A stretch of DNA of 64,000 nucleotides, taken from Actinomycetes bacterium (lineage in GTDB: Bacteria > Actinomycetota > Actinomycetes > DATJPE01). Below the pieces are notes generated by a model. The model did not search any database and had not been told where the DNA came from. It was given only the letters and a program-made list of their open reading frames with translations. Where the stretch lies: the NCBI GenBank assembly GCA_035506535.1, contig DATJPE010000033.1, forward strand, positions 35,506-99,505. Direction: 5' to 3'. The position numbers and the translations under genes were made by a program. Positions 46,357 through 55,257 of this stretch are shown here, in pieces (the stretch's first letter is position 1; every line of letters begins with the position of its first letter).

Positions 46357-47739
46357 TTACTGGACCGGCTCGAAGGTCGCCGTGAAGTGCCGTAGCGCCG
46401 GCGGCTCGTCGACGATGCGGTAGCCGGTGAGCTCGCCCGCCCGGCCGGCGACGTGCTCGCAGACCTCGATCACGTAGTCGATGTGGCTCTGGGTGTACGT
46501 GCGCCGCGGGATGGCCAGCCGCACGAGGTCCATGGCGGCCGGCTCCTCGCTGCCGTCAGGGCGTCGACCGAACATCACGGTGCCGATCTCGCAGCTGCGG
46601 ACACCGCCGGCCTCGTAGAGCGCCACCGCGAGGGCCTGGCCCGGGTAGCGCAGCGGCGGGATGTGCGGGAGCAGCGCCCGGGCATCGAGATAGACCGCGT
46701 GCCCGCCGACGGGGGTGAGCACGGGCACGCCGGCCCGCTGCAACGCGTCCCCGAGGTAGGCCGTCGAGCGGATCCGGTAGCGCAGGTAGTCGTGGTCGAC
46801 GACCTCGCGCAGCCCCTGCGCAAGTGCCTCGAGGTCCCGTCCGGCGAGGCCGCCGTACGTCGGGAACCCCTCGGTGAGGATGAGCAGGTTGCGGCACTCC
46901 TGTGCGAGTGCGTCGTCGTCCATCGCGAGCCAGCCACCGATGTTGCCCATCGGGTCCTTCTTCGCGCTCATCGTCATGCCGTCCGCGAGGGAGGCCATCT
47001 CGCGGACGATGTCGCGGACGTCGCGCTCGTGCTGGCCCGGCTCGCGCTCGCGGATGAACCACGCGTTCTCGGCGAACCGGCACGCGTCGAGGAACAGCTT
47101 CTTGCCGTGTGCGTCGCACACCTCGCGCACGGCGTGGAGGTTGGCCAACGAGACCGGCTGCCCGCCGCCGCTGTTGTTGGTGACGGTGACGAACACGACC
47201 GGTACGTCGTCCCCGCGCCGGTCGAGCAGCGCGTCGAGGGCCTCGACGTCCATGTTCCCCTTGAACGGGTGGTCGGAGTGCGGGTCGCGCCCCTCGGCGA
47301 TGACCAGGTCGACCGCTTCCGCGCCGGTGTACTCGACGTTGGCCCGCGTCGTGTCGAAGTGCGTGTTGTTCGGCACGACCCTCCCGGGACCGGCCAGCAC
47401 GCTGAACAGGATCCGCTCGGCGGCGCGGCCCTGGTGGGTCGGGATGACGTGCTCGAAGGGGAAGAGCTCACGCACCGCGTCGCGGAAGATGTCGTAGGAG
47501 GGCGAGCCGGCGTAGGACTCGTCGCCGTGCTGGATCGCGGCCCACTGGTCCCTGCTCATCGCGCCGGTGCCGGAGTCGGTGAGCAGGTCGACGAGCACGT
47601 CCTGGGCCCGCACCCGGAACAGGTTGTAGCCGGCCTCGACGACGGCGGCGTGCCGCTGGTCCGGTGTGGTCATCCGCAATGGCTCCACGGAGTGGATCCG
47701 GAACGGCTCGATGATGGTGTGGAAGGCGGGCGAGCTCAT
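46357..47739 (-). CDS. tnaA: Tryptophanase
   Basis: EPFRI, LLTDSGT, HQGR, FDTT (Asp rather than the Thr of TPL), MSAKKD, LRHFT (His rather than the Phe of TPL). Confidence 0.9.
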   Translation of the reverse strand: MSSPAFHTIIEPFRIHSVEPLRMTTPDQRHAAVVEAGYNLFRVRAQDVLVDLLTDSGTGAMSRDQWAAIQHGDESYAGSPSYDIFRDAVRELFPFEHVIPTHQGRAAERILFSVLAGPGRVVPNNTHFDTTRANVEYTGAEAVDLVIAEGRDPHSDHPFKGNMDVEALDALLDRRGDDVPVVFVTVTNNSGGGQPVSLANLHAVREVCDAHGKKLFLDACRFAENAWFIREREPGQHERDVRDIVREMASLADGMTMSAKKDPMGNIGGWLAMDDDALAQECRNLLILTEGFPTYGGLAGRDLEALAQGLREVVDHDYLRYRIRSTAYLGDALQRAGVPVLTPVGGHAVYLDARALLPHIPPLRYPGQALAVALYEAGGVRSCEIGTVMFGRRPDGSEEPAAMDLVRLAIPRRTYTQSHIDYVIEVCEHVAGRAGELTGYRIVDEPPALRHFTATFEPVQ

Positions 47740-47818
47740 CCCCCGATGCTGCCCGGCCACGGGCGCCGGCGGGGCTGATCGGCCGACTCGGCGGTGCTGA
47801 CTGGCCCGGGAACATTCG

Positions 47819-47832
47819 CTTGAACGTTCAAG
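47819..47832. promoter_or_regulatory. Perfect palindrome CTTGAACGTTCAAG (operator-like)
   Basis: 14-bp palindrome in the tnaA/dioxygenase divergent gap, upstream of -10 TACAGT. Confidence 0.6.
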
Positions 47833-47874
47833 TTATGCCTACAGTTGCTCGAGGCGACCCCAGGAGGCGTCCAG

Positions 47875-48750
47875 GTGTTCAGCGTGATGTTCCCCGAGGT
47901 CGAGGCGGGTGCCTTCGAGGCCTTCCTGCGCGAGCGTGGCGAGGAGAGCCGTGCGCAGCGCGCCTGGTCGCCGGCGGACGGGCCGCTCCCGAGCCTCTAC
48001 CTCAGCCACGGCGCCCCGCCGCTGTTCAACGACGCGCACTGGATGACGCAGCTGTACGACTGGGCGCTCGCCATGCCCAAGCCGACTGGGATCCTGATCG
48101 TCAGCGCGCACTGGGAGCACGCGCCGGTGATGCTCTCCTCGCCCGAGGCGGGCACCGCGCTCGTGTACGACTTCGGCGGGTTCGCGCCCGTCTACTACCG
48201 GATGACCTACCCGACTCCGGCGGCGCACTGGCTCGCGGAGGCGGTCGCGAAGCTGATGCCGGACACCGAGCCGTTGCACGTGAGCCCGCGGCGCGGCCTC
48301 GACCACGGCGCGTGGGTCCCGCTGAAGGTGATGTACCCGCACGCGGACGTACCGGTCCTCCAGCTGTCCATGCCCACGCACGACCCGGCCCGGCTGATGC
48401 AGCTCGGGGCCAGGCTGCGTCCCCTGCGCGAGCACGGCGTGCTCGTCGTCGGCTCCGGCTTCATGACCCACGGGCTCCCGTTCGTCACGGCCGACATGTG
48501 GGTCAACAACGCCGTCCCCGCCTGGTCGGCGGACTTCGACACGTGGACCGCGGAGGCGCTGGGCGCGGTGGACTGGGACGAGCTGGCGCGCTTCCGGCAC
48601 GCACCCGGGATGCCGTACGCCCACCCGACGGTGGAGCACTTCACCCCGCTGTTCGTGACCCTCGGCGCCGCGACGCGACCGGCGGTCCCCACGACGCCGA
48701 TCGACGACTACATGTTCGGCTTCGCCAAGCGGTCCATCGCGCTGGCCTGA
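47875..48750 (+). CDS. LigB/DODA-type (YgiD-like) extradiol dioxygenase
   Basis: SHGAP, SAHW, GLDHGAW, GSGFMTH, AHPTVEHF; AGGAGG RBS before GTG 47875. Confidence 0.9.
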   Translation: MFSVMFPEVEAGAFEAFLRERGEESRAQRAWSPADGPLPSLYLSHGAPPLFNDAHWMTQLYDWALAMPKPTGILIVSAHWEHAPVMLSSPEAGTALVYDFGGFAPVYYRMTYPTPAAHWLAEAVAKLMPDTEPLHVSPRRGLDHGAWVPLKVMYPHADVPVLQLSMPTHDPARLMQLGARLRPLREHGVLVVGSGFMTHGLPFVTADMWVNNAVPAWSADFDTWTAEALGAVDWDELARFRHAPGMPYAHPTVEHFTPLFVTLGAATRPAVPTTPIDDYMFGFAKRSIALA

Positions 48751-48766
48751 GCCGTATCCTCCGCGG

Positions 48767-49399
48767 ATGACCAGCGCGCTCCTCGCCGGGTACGGTGTGG
48801 GGCTGCTCGTCGCCCTGCAGGTCGGCCCGATCTTCCTGCTCTGCGCCCGCACGTCGGCGCGCTTCGGCTTCGCCCCCGGTGCGGCGATCGGCGGCGGCGC
48901 CGCGACCGTCGACCTGCTCTACGCCGCCCTCGGTGCCCTCGGCGCCTCGGTGCTCCTGCGGGCCTCCGCCCTCCGGCTCGGACTCGGGCTGCTCGGCGCA
49001 GGAGTGCTGGCGTACCTGGGGATCCGCACGCTGCACGACGCGTTCCGGGTCCGGATCGGCGGGGAGTCCGACGAGGAGGTGTTCTCCACCGGCCGGGCGT
49101 TTCGCACCGCGCTGGCGGCCACCGCGTCGAACCCCCTGACGATCCTCACCTGGGCGGCTGTGTTCTCGGGCGCCGCCGTCGCCCAGGTCGCGGGGAGCAC
49201 GCCGGCCGCCGTCGCCTTCGTCGTGGGGACCGGTCTCGGCTCCCTGACGACCCACCTCCTGCTGGCCGGCTCGATGGCCGCGATCGGCGCGCGGCTCGAC
49301 CGTACGGCGCTGCGCGCGATCGACGTCCTCTCCGGCGTCGGCCTGGTCCTGTTCGCGGGAGCGCTCGGCTGGCGCAGCGTCGAGTCGAGCCGCACCTGA
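48767..49399 (+). CDS. LysE family exporter
   Basis: VGPIFL, DLLYA, TASNPLTILTW. Confidence 0.88.
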   Translation: MTSALLAGYGVGLLVALQVGPIFLLCARTSARFGFAPGAAIGGGAATVDLLYAALGALGASVLLRASALRLGLGLLGAGVLAYLGIRTLHDAFRVRIGGESDEEVFSTGRAFRTALAATASNPLTILTWAAVFSGAAVAQVAGSTPAAVAFVVGTGLGSLTTHLLLAGSMAAIGARLDRTALRAIDVLSGVGLVLFAGALGWRSVESSRT

Positions 49400-49412
49400 C
49401 ACGGGCCGGCGG

Positions 49413-50657
49413 TCAGCGCAGGCTGACCGTCACGGGACCGGCGTCGAGGTCGACGCGGCTCCCCCAGCGGGCGGAGACGTCCACCGGGCGGTTGGGCACC
49501 AGGGTGAGCCCCGATCGCTGACGGTGCAGCAGGCGAGGTCCCTGGCGGACCTCGAGCACCGGGCGCGCCACGAACTCGGTGCTCCACACCACGAAGCGTC
49601 CCCGGGGCGGGGGCGGGCCGGTCGGGCCCACGCGGTTCGGCGCCACCCAGCGCAGCGGATGCTCGGCCCTGACGGCCACGTCGGGCTCCGGCACGGCGCC
49701 GGAGAGATGGCCCAGCACCTGGGCGGACACCGCCGCTCCCTCCAGCGCGACGACGTCGGCCGTCTCGACACCGCGCAGCAGGTTGCCGACCGCGAAGACC
49801 CCGGGACGCGAGGTCCGCAGGGCGGTGTCGACGGACGGCCCGCGGGTGCCCGGGTCGATGGCCAGTGCGCCGCGTCGCGCGAGCTCGTGGTCGGGGATCC
49901 AGTCGCCGGTGAACACCACCGTGTCGGCCTCGATGACCTCGAGGCGGCCGTCGGGCCGGCGTACCTCGACCGCCTCCAGCCGGGGGTGGCCGAGCAGGCG
50001 GGTGAGCGCCGATCCGGTGAGCAGCGGGAAGCGGTAGCGCGCGGCCGCCGCGACGCGGAAGGCGAGATAGGACTGCTGGCGCGGCAGGTCGGTGACCATG
50101 GCCGCCACGCGGACGCCTCCGTGCTGCAGGGTCAGCGCCGCCGAGAAGGAGACGTGCTCGGCGCCGACGACCACGGCACGCGTGCCGACGCGCTGGTGGT
50201 GCACGTACACCGCTTGCTGCAGCTGGCCGGTGGTGTACACCCCTGACGGGCGGCTGCCGGGCACGAGCCGGGCCGAGCGCGGGCGTTCGCGGGCACCGGT
50301 CGCCAGGACGACCGCGCGAGCGGTGATGAGCTCCAGACCGCCGGGGCTGACCGTCTCCAACGTGAGCGGGCCGGCCCAGCCGGTGGCCGTGACCCCGGTG
50401 CGCAGCCACGCGCCGGCCTCGAGCGCGAGATCGGTACGGCGGCGCGCGTACGCCGGACCGGTCATGGCGCGGTGCAGGTCGCGCAGCCCGTAGCCGGTGT
50501 GGTGGCTGTGGCGCGGGATTCCGCCGGGTCGCTGCTCGCGATCGAGCACCTCGACGACGCCGGCCCCAGCGCGCGCCAGCTCCATGGCAGCCGACAGCCC
50601 CGCGGGGCCTGCCCCGACGACGAGGACGTCCACGGCACGGGCCAAGAGGTCGCTCAC
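49413..50657 (-). CDS. FAD-dependent pyridine nucleotide-disulfide oxidoreductase
   Basis: VGAGPAG, GGIPRHSHHTGYG, ATGARERPR, GVFAVGN. Confidence 0.88.
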   Translation of the reverse strand: MSDLLARAVDVLVVGAGPAGLSAAMELARAGAGVVEVLDREQRPGGIPRHSHHTGYGLRDLHRAMTGPAYARRRTDLALEAGAWLRTGVTATGWAGPLTLETVSPGGLELITARAVVLATGARERPRSARLVPGSRPSGVYTTGQLQQAVYVHHQRVGTRAVVVGAEHVSFSAALTLQHGGVRVAAMVTDLPRQQSYLAFRVAAAARYRFPLLTGSALTRLLGHPRLEAVEVRRPDGRLEVIEADTVVFTGDWIPDHELARRGALAIDPGTRGPSVDTALRTSRPGVFAVGNLLRGVETADVVALEGAAVSAQVLGHLSGAVPEPDVAVRAEHPLRWVAPNRVGPTGPPPPRGRFVVWSTEFVARPVLEVRQGPRLLHRQRSGLTLVPNRPVDVSARWGSRVDLDAGPVTVSLR

Positions 50658-52081
50658 CGGCCGCCCTCCGCGCCGCCCCCGGCCATCGCCCGGCGGCGCT
50701 CGACGAGCGCCTCGACCTCCGCGCCGCAGAAGAAGCCCTGGCAGCGACCGTTGAGCGCGCGCGTACGGCGGCGCAGTCCGTCGATCGAGCGCGGCGGGAT
50801 GGGCGAGCCGAGCGCGTCGCGGATCTCACCGAGGCTCACCCGCTCGCAGTGGCACACGATGCGCCCGTAGTCGGGGTCCTCCGCGATGAGGTCCGCGCGC
50901 TGGTACGGCCGCGGGGACGCCTCCCCGATGGTGGGCATCCGCGGCGTGACGACGTCGTGGCGCTCCCGGGCGTCGAGGCCCGCCTCCTGGAGCAGCCCGA
51001 CGACGTGCTCGGCGATCGCCATCGACGCGGTGAGGCCGGTCGAGCGGATCCCACCGACGCAGACGTAGGCCTGATCGGCGTGTCCGCGCAGCTGGTAGTC
51101 GCCGTGCTCGGTGGCCGCCCGCAAGCCCGCGTAGACCGCCGTCACCTCCTCGGCGACCAGCGTCGGCAGGATGCGCGCGCCCTTGTCGCGCAGGAGCGCC
51201 AGCCCCTGCGCCGTGGAGCCGGTGTCGGTCTTGTCCTCGAGGTCCTCGGCCGTCGGGCCGAGCAGCACGTTGCCGAAGACGGTCGGCGTGACGAGCACGC
51301 CCTTGCCGAGCACGCTCGGCACCGGCAGCAGGATGTGGCGGACCAGAGGGCGGGCCAGCTTGTCGTAGACGATGAGCTGTCCCCGGCGCGGGGTGACGCG
51401 GAAGTCGTCGTGGCCGAAGACCCGGTCGAGCTCGTCGGAGAACAGCCCCGCGGCGTTCACGACGTAGCGGGCGCTCACCTCCCCTCGGCTGGTCCGCAGC
51501 CGGTGCGCGAGACCACGGTGCCCGGGCGAGACGGACTCGACCCGGGTCGCGAGGAGCAGCTCCACCCCTCCGGAGACCGCCTCGGTGGCGAAGGCGAGCG
51601 GGGTGGTCCACGGGCACACGATGGCCTCGTCGGGGACCTCGAGGGCGCTAAGCGCACCGGGGCCGAGGTGCGGTTCCCGCCGGTAGAGCTCGTCGGCGTC
51701 GACGATGCGGGTCCGGAGGTAGCCGTTCGCCTCGGCCTTGGCCCGCAGCCCCGGCAGGGCGTCGCGCTGCTCGTCGTCCCACGCCACGAGCAACGCACCA
51801 AGGCGCTCGACCGCGATGCCCGCGTCGGCGGCGTACGCCGACAGCAGCTCGTGGCCGCGCCGGACCAGGCTCGCCTCGAGCGTCCCCGGCGTCGCGTCGA
51901 AACCCGTGTGCAGGATCGCGGTGTTGGCCTTCGAGGTCCCCTCGCCGACGTCGGAGGCGGCATCGACGAGGGCGACCGCGAGGTCTCGGTGCGCGAGCTC
52001 GCGCGCGATCGCGCAGCCGACCACGCCGGCGCCCACGACCACGACGTCGTAGGCCGCCCGGGACCCCGCAGCCGGGTTCAC
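50654..52081 (-). CDS. FAD-dependent oxidase (GlpO/LhgO-like) with BFD-like [2Fe-2S] C-terminus
   Basis: VGAGVVG, TSKANTAILHTG, GGIRSTGLT, CHCERV..GRCQGFFC. Confidence 0.88.
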   Translation of the reverse strand: MNPAAGSRAAYDVVVVGAGVVGCAIARELAHRDLAVALVDAASDVGEGTSKANTAILHTGFDATPGTLEASLVRRGHELLSAYAADAGIAVERLGALLVAWDDEQRDALPGLRAKAEANGYLRTRIVDADELYRREPHLGPGALSALEVPDEAIVCPWTTPLAFATEAVSGGVELLLATRVESVSPGHRGLAHRLRTSRGEVSARYVVNAAGLFSDELDRVFGHDDFRVTPRRGQLIVYDKLARPLVRHILLPVPSVLGKGVLVTPTVFGNVLLGPTAEDLEDKTDTGSTAQGLALLRDKGARILPTLVAEEVTAVYAGLRAATEHGDYQLRGHADQAYVCVGGIRSTGLTASMAIAEHVVGLLQEAGLDARERHDVVTPRMPTIGEASPRPYQRADLIAEDPDYGRIVCHCERVSLGEIRDALGSPIPPRSIDGLRRRTRALNGRCQGFFCGAEVEALVERRRAMAGGGAEGGR

Positions 52082-53529
52082 GTCGGCTCCCGCGCGGTCA
52101 GCCGGCGAACGGCCGCCCGGTAGCTCGCCAGCCGGGCGATGGCCTCGTCGGCGCTGACCGCCGGCTCGTACACCGCGGCCGGCTCCCAGCGAGGCACGGC
52201 ATCGGCAAGGCGCAGCCTCGGGTCCAGGCCCAGCCGCGCGGCGGTCGCGACCCCGAGCGCGGTGGCGTCCGGGGAGGCGTACACCTCGACCGGCATCTGC
52301 AGGAGGTCGGCCTGGGTCTGCATGAGCAGCCTGCTGCGCGTCAGCCCCCCGTCGACCCGCAGCATCGACAGGGGACAGCCCAGGTCCTCGGCCATGGCGT
52401 TGCTGAGCTCGACCACCTGCGCCGCGATGCCGTCGCAGAGCGCGCGCACGACGTGGCCCCGCGTCGTCTCCAGACCCAGCCCGCCGAGGGCCGCCCGTAC
52501 GTCGCCGCGCCAGGACGGTGCCGCCAGCCCGGCGAAGGCGGGCACGAACGTGACCCCTCCCGTGTCGTGGACACCGAGCCCGAGACCGTCGATGTCCTCC
52601 GGCCCCGAGAGCAGCCCGACGTCGGTGAGCCAGCGGACAGCAGAGGCCACCGTGTAGACCTGGCCGTCGAAGCAGTACGTCGGATCGCCGGCGAGGCGCC
52701 ACGCCACGCACGCCACGAGGCCGTGCCTCGACCGCCGAGCCGGGGCTCCCGCGTTCGCCAGGACGAAGGCCCCGGTGCCGTACGTGCACTTCGCGCTCGC
52801 CGCGTCGAGACACCCCTGCGCGAGCAGTGCGGCCTGCTGGTCGACCAGCAGACCGCTCACCGGTACCGGCGGGCCGAAGGCCGTGGTCGTCCCGACGGCG
52901 CCGGCGCAGTCGACGACCCTCGGCAGCCGTTCCCCGGCGAGCCCGAACGCGGAGACCGCGTCCATCGACCACTCGCAGGTGTCGAGGTCGAGCAGCATCG
53001 TCCGCGAGGCCGTCGAGGCGTCGGTGACGAGCTCGCCGGTGAGCCGGTGGACGAGCCAGCTGTCGCTGGTCGTGACCATGCCCTCGCCGGTGAGATGGCG
53101 GCGCAGCCAGGCCATCTTCGGCGCGGCGAAGTACGCGTCGAGAGGCAGTCCGGTCGTCTCGGCGAGCGTCTCGGCGTGCTCGCCCATCTCGGCGCAGATC
53201 TCAGCGGCGCGACGGTCCTGCCAGACGATCGCGTCGGTGTACGGCTCCCCGGTCGCGGGGTCCCACGCGAGCACGGTCTCGCCCTGGTTGGCCAGGCCGA
53301 CGGCCGCGACCGGCTCCCCCGCGGCTGCGAGCGCCTGATGCCCGGCATCCAGCACGGAGGCCAGCAGCTCGCTCGGGTCCTGCTCGACGGCCCCGCCGGC
53401 GCCGTAGCGGGGGCGGACCGCGGTGGCCCCGACGCCGATGACGCCACGGTCGGGACAGACGACCAGGGCCTTGGTACCCGAGGTGCCCTGGTCGATCGCC
53501 AGCACGTTGCCCGTCATGGTCACCGACAC
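52078..53529 (-). CDS. FGGY-family carbohydrate kinase (glycerol kinase-like)
   Basis: IDQGTSGTK, NQGET, WQDRR, DQQAAL, KCTYGTG, VDGG; alternative start 53517. Confidence 0.88.
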   Translation of the reverse strand: MSVTMTGNVLAIDQGTSGTKALVVCPDRGVIGVGATAVRPRYGAGGAVEQDPSELLASVLDAGHQALAAAGEPVAAVGLANQGETVLAWDPATGEPYTDAIVWQDRRAAEICAEMGEHAETLAETTGLPLDAYFAAPKMAWLRRHLTGEGMVTTSDSWLVHRLTGELVTDASTASRTMLLDLDTCEWSMDAVSAFGLAGERLPRVVDCAGAVGTTTAFGPPVPVSGLLVDQQAALLAQGCLDAASAKCTYGTGAFVLANAGAPARRSRHGLVACVAWRLAGDPTYCFDGQVYTVASAVRWLTDVGLLSGPEDIDGLGLGVHDTGGVTFVPAFAGLAAPSWRGDVRAALGGLGLETTRGHVVRALCDGIAAQVVELSNAMAEDLGCPLSMLRVDGGLTRSRLLMQTQADLLQMPVEVYASPDATALGVATAARLGLDPRLRLADAVPRWEPAAVYEPAVSADEAIARLASYRAAVRRLTAREPT

Positions 53530-53571
53530 CCTATGAGGCGAGCACCGGTGCGGCGCGAGAGACGGCGCCGG

Positions 53572-53958
53572 CTACGACCGCTGCTGGACCACCTCGACGA
53601 GGTTGTCGGCCGGGTCGAGAACCCATGCCGTGCGCAAGCGCCCGGCCTGGAAGTCCTCCGGCGCCCTAAGCGGCCGGCCACCGGCACGAAGCATCAGCTG
53701 GTAGGCCGCGTCCGCGTCGTCGCACCAGAGGCAGACCTCCATCGCGTTGCCCTCGCTGGAGACGTCGAGGCCGTGCACGTCATGGGCAGCGGCGACCGAC
53801 GCGATCCCCAGCGTGAGGCCGAGGCTGCGGACCTCGACATGTTCCGGGACGCCCTCGCGAGGCGTCCGGTAGGTCTCCTCGAAACCGATCCCCCTGTAGA
53901 ACGAGACGCACGGCTCGACGTCGTCGACGAACATGTTGATCTGGAACCCGGAGAACAT
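53572..53958 (-). CDS. VOC/glyoxalase family protein
   Basis: FVDDVE..FY..IGF, LDPADNLVE; leaderless TAGGGT. Confidence 0.85.
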   Translation of the reverse strand: MFSGFQINMFVDDVEPCVSFYRGIGFEETYRTPREGVPEHVEVRSLGLTLGIASVAAAHDVHGLDVSSEGNAMEVCLWCDDADAAYQLMLRAGGRPLRAPEDFQAGRLRTAWVLDPADNLVEVVQQRS

Positions 53959-54081
53959 GAAACGACCCTAGGGCCTGCACGCCGAGGCGGCGTCGGATGA
54001 GGAACCCGATATCGTCCCGAAGACCCGAGTCCGACTATTGGAGCCCGGCATGGTGGCGACGAACAGGCTCGCCCGAGCGCG

Positions 54082-55251
54082 GTGACCGACGCCGACCGCG
54101 GTCCGGTCACGCCGTCCCTGCTGACCGTCCTGCGCGAGTGGGGCCGGATCGGCTGCATCGGCTTCGGGGGGCCGCCCACGCACATCAAGCTCCTCCGCGC
54201 GCTGTGCGTGGAGCAGCGGCGGTGGATCGACGCGACGGAGTTCGAGGACGCGATCGCGACGTGCAACCTGCTCCCGGGACCGGCGTCGACCCAGCTGTCC
54301 ATCTACTGCGCGTGGCGCCTGCGTGGTCGGGCCGGTGCCCTCGTGGGCGGAACCGCGTTCATCCTGCCCGGCCTCGTCGTCATCCTCGCCCTGGCGGCGT
54401 TGTTCCTCGAGGGTGCGCCACCGACGTGGGTCCTCGCCGCCGGGGCGGGCGCCGGCTCGGCGGTGGCCGCGGTCGCCGTCCATGCCGGGGTCGGCCTCGT
54501 CCCAGCGAGCTGGGCGAGGAGCGCGGCGCGCGTGCGTTGGGCGGCGTACGTCCTCGCCGGTGCCGTCGCCGCCGCGACGCTGGGCCCGCGGCTGGTGCTC
54601 GTGCTGCTCGCGTGCGGGGGAGTGGAGCTCCTCCTCCGGCGTGGCCTGCCCCGTGGCCCGGCGCGACCGGGCCTCTCCCCGCTCCCCCTCCTCGGCGTGG
54701 GCACCCTGAGCGCCGGTGTGCTCCTGAGCGTGGCGTGGGTGGCCATCAAGGTCGGCGCGCTGTCCTACGGCGGCGGCTTCGTCATCATCCCGCTCATGCA
54801 GGGCGACGCCGTCGGCCACTACCACTGGATGACCGGCGCCCAGTTCCTCAACGCCGTGGCTCTCGGCCAGATCACCCCGGGCCCGGTCGTGCAGACGGTG
54901 GCTGTCGTCGGCTACGCGGCAGCCGGGCTCGTCGGAGGGGTGCTCGCCTCGGTGGTGGCCTTTACCCCCTCCTTCCTGTTCGTCCTCCTGGGCGCGACCC
55001 GCTTCGACCGCATCCGGGCCGACCAACGGGCGCGGGCCTTCCTCGACGGTGCCGGCCCGGCCGCGATCGGGGCGATCTTCGGCTCGGCCATCCCGCTCAC
55101 GCGCGCGTTGACGGAGCCGTGGCAGTTCGCCCTGCTGGCACTGGCCGCGATCGTCCTGCTCGCCCTGCGTCGAGGCGTCGTCGCGACCCTGCTCGCCGCC
55201 GCGCTCGTCGGGATGGTGGCTGTCGCCGCCGGAGCACCGCTGCCGGGGTGA
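54082..55251 (+). CDS. chrA: Chromate ion transporter
   Basis: GFGGP, LLPGPASTQ, YGGG, ITPGP (two CHR repeats). Confidence 0.92.
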   Translation: MTDADRGPVTPSLLTVLREWGRIGCIGFGGPPTHIKLLRALCVEQRRWIDATEFEDAIATCNLLPGPASTQLSIYCAWRLRGRAGALVGGTAFILPGLVVILALAALFLEGAPPTWVLAAGAGAGSAVAAVAVHAGVGLVPASWARSAARVRWAAYVLAGAVAAATLGPRLVLVLLACGGVELLLRRGLPRGPARPGLSPLPLLGVGTLSAGVLLSVAWVAIKVGALSYGGGFVIIPLMQGDAVGHYHWMTGAQFLNAVALGQITPGPVVQTVAVVGYAAAGLVGGVLASVVAFTPSFLFVLLGATRFDRIRADQRARAFLDGAGPAAIGAIFGSAIPLTRALTEPWQFALLALAAIVLLALRRGVVATLLAAALVGMVAVAAGAPLPG

Positions 55252-55257
55252 TCGGCG

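Noticed and set aside
46357-47739. Tyrosine phenol-lyase call
   Set aside because: FDTT and LRHFT are tryptophanase-type residues; TPL has FTTT and LRFFT
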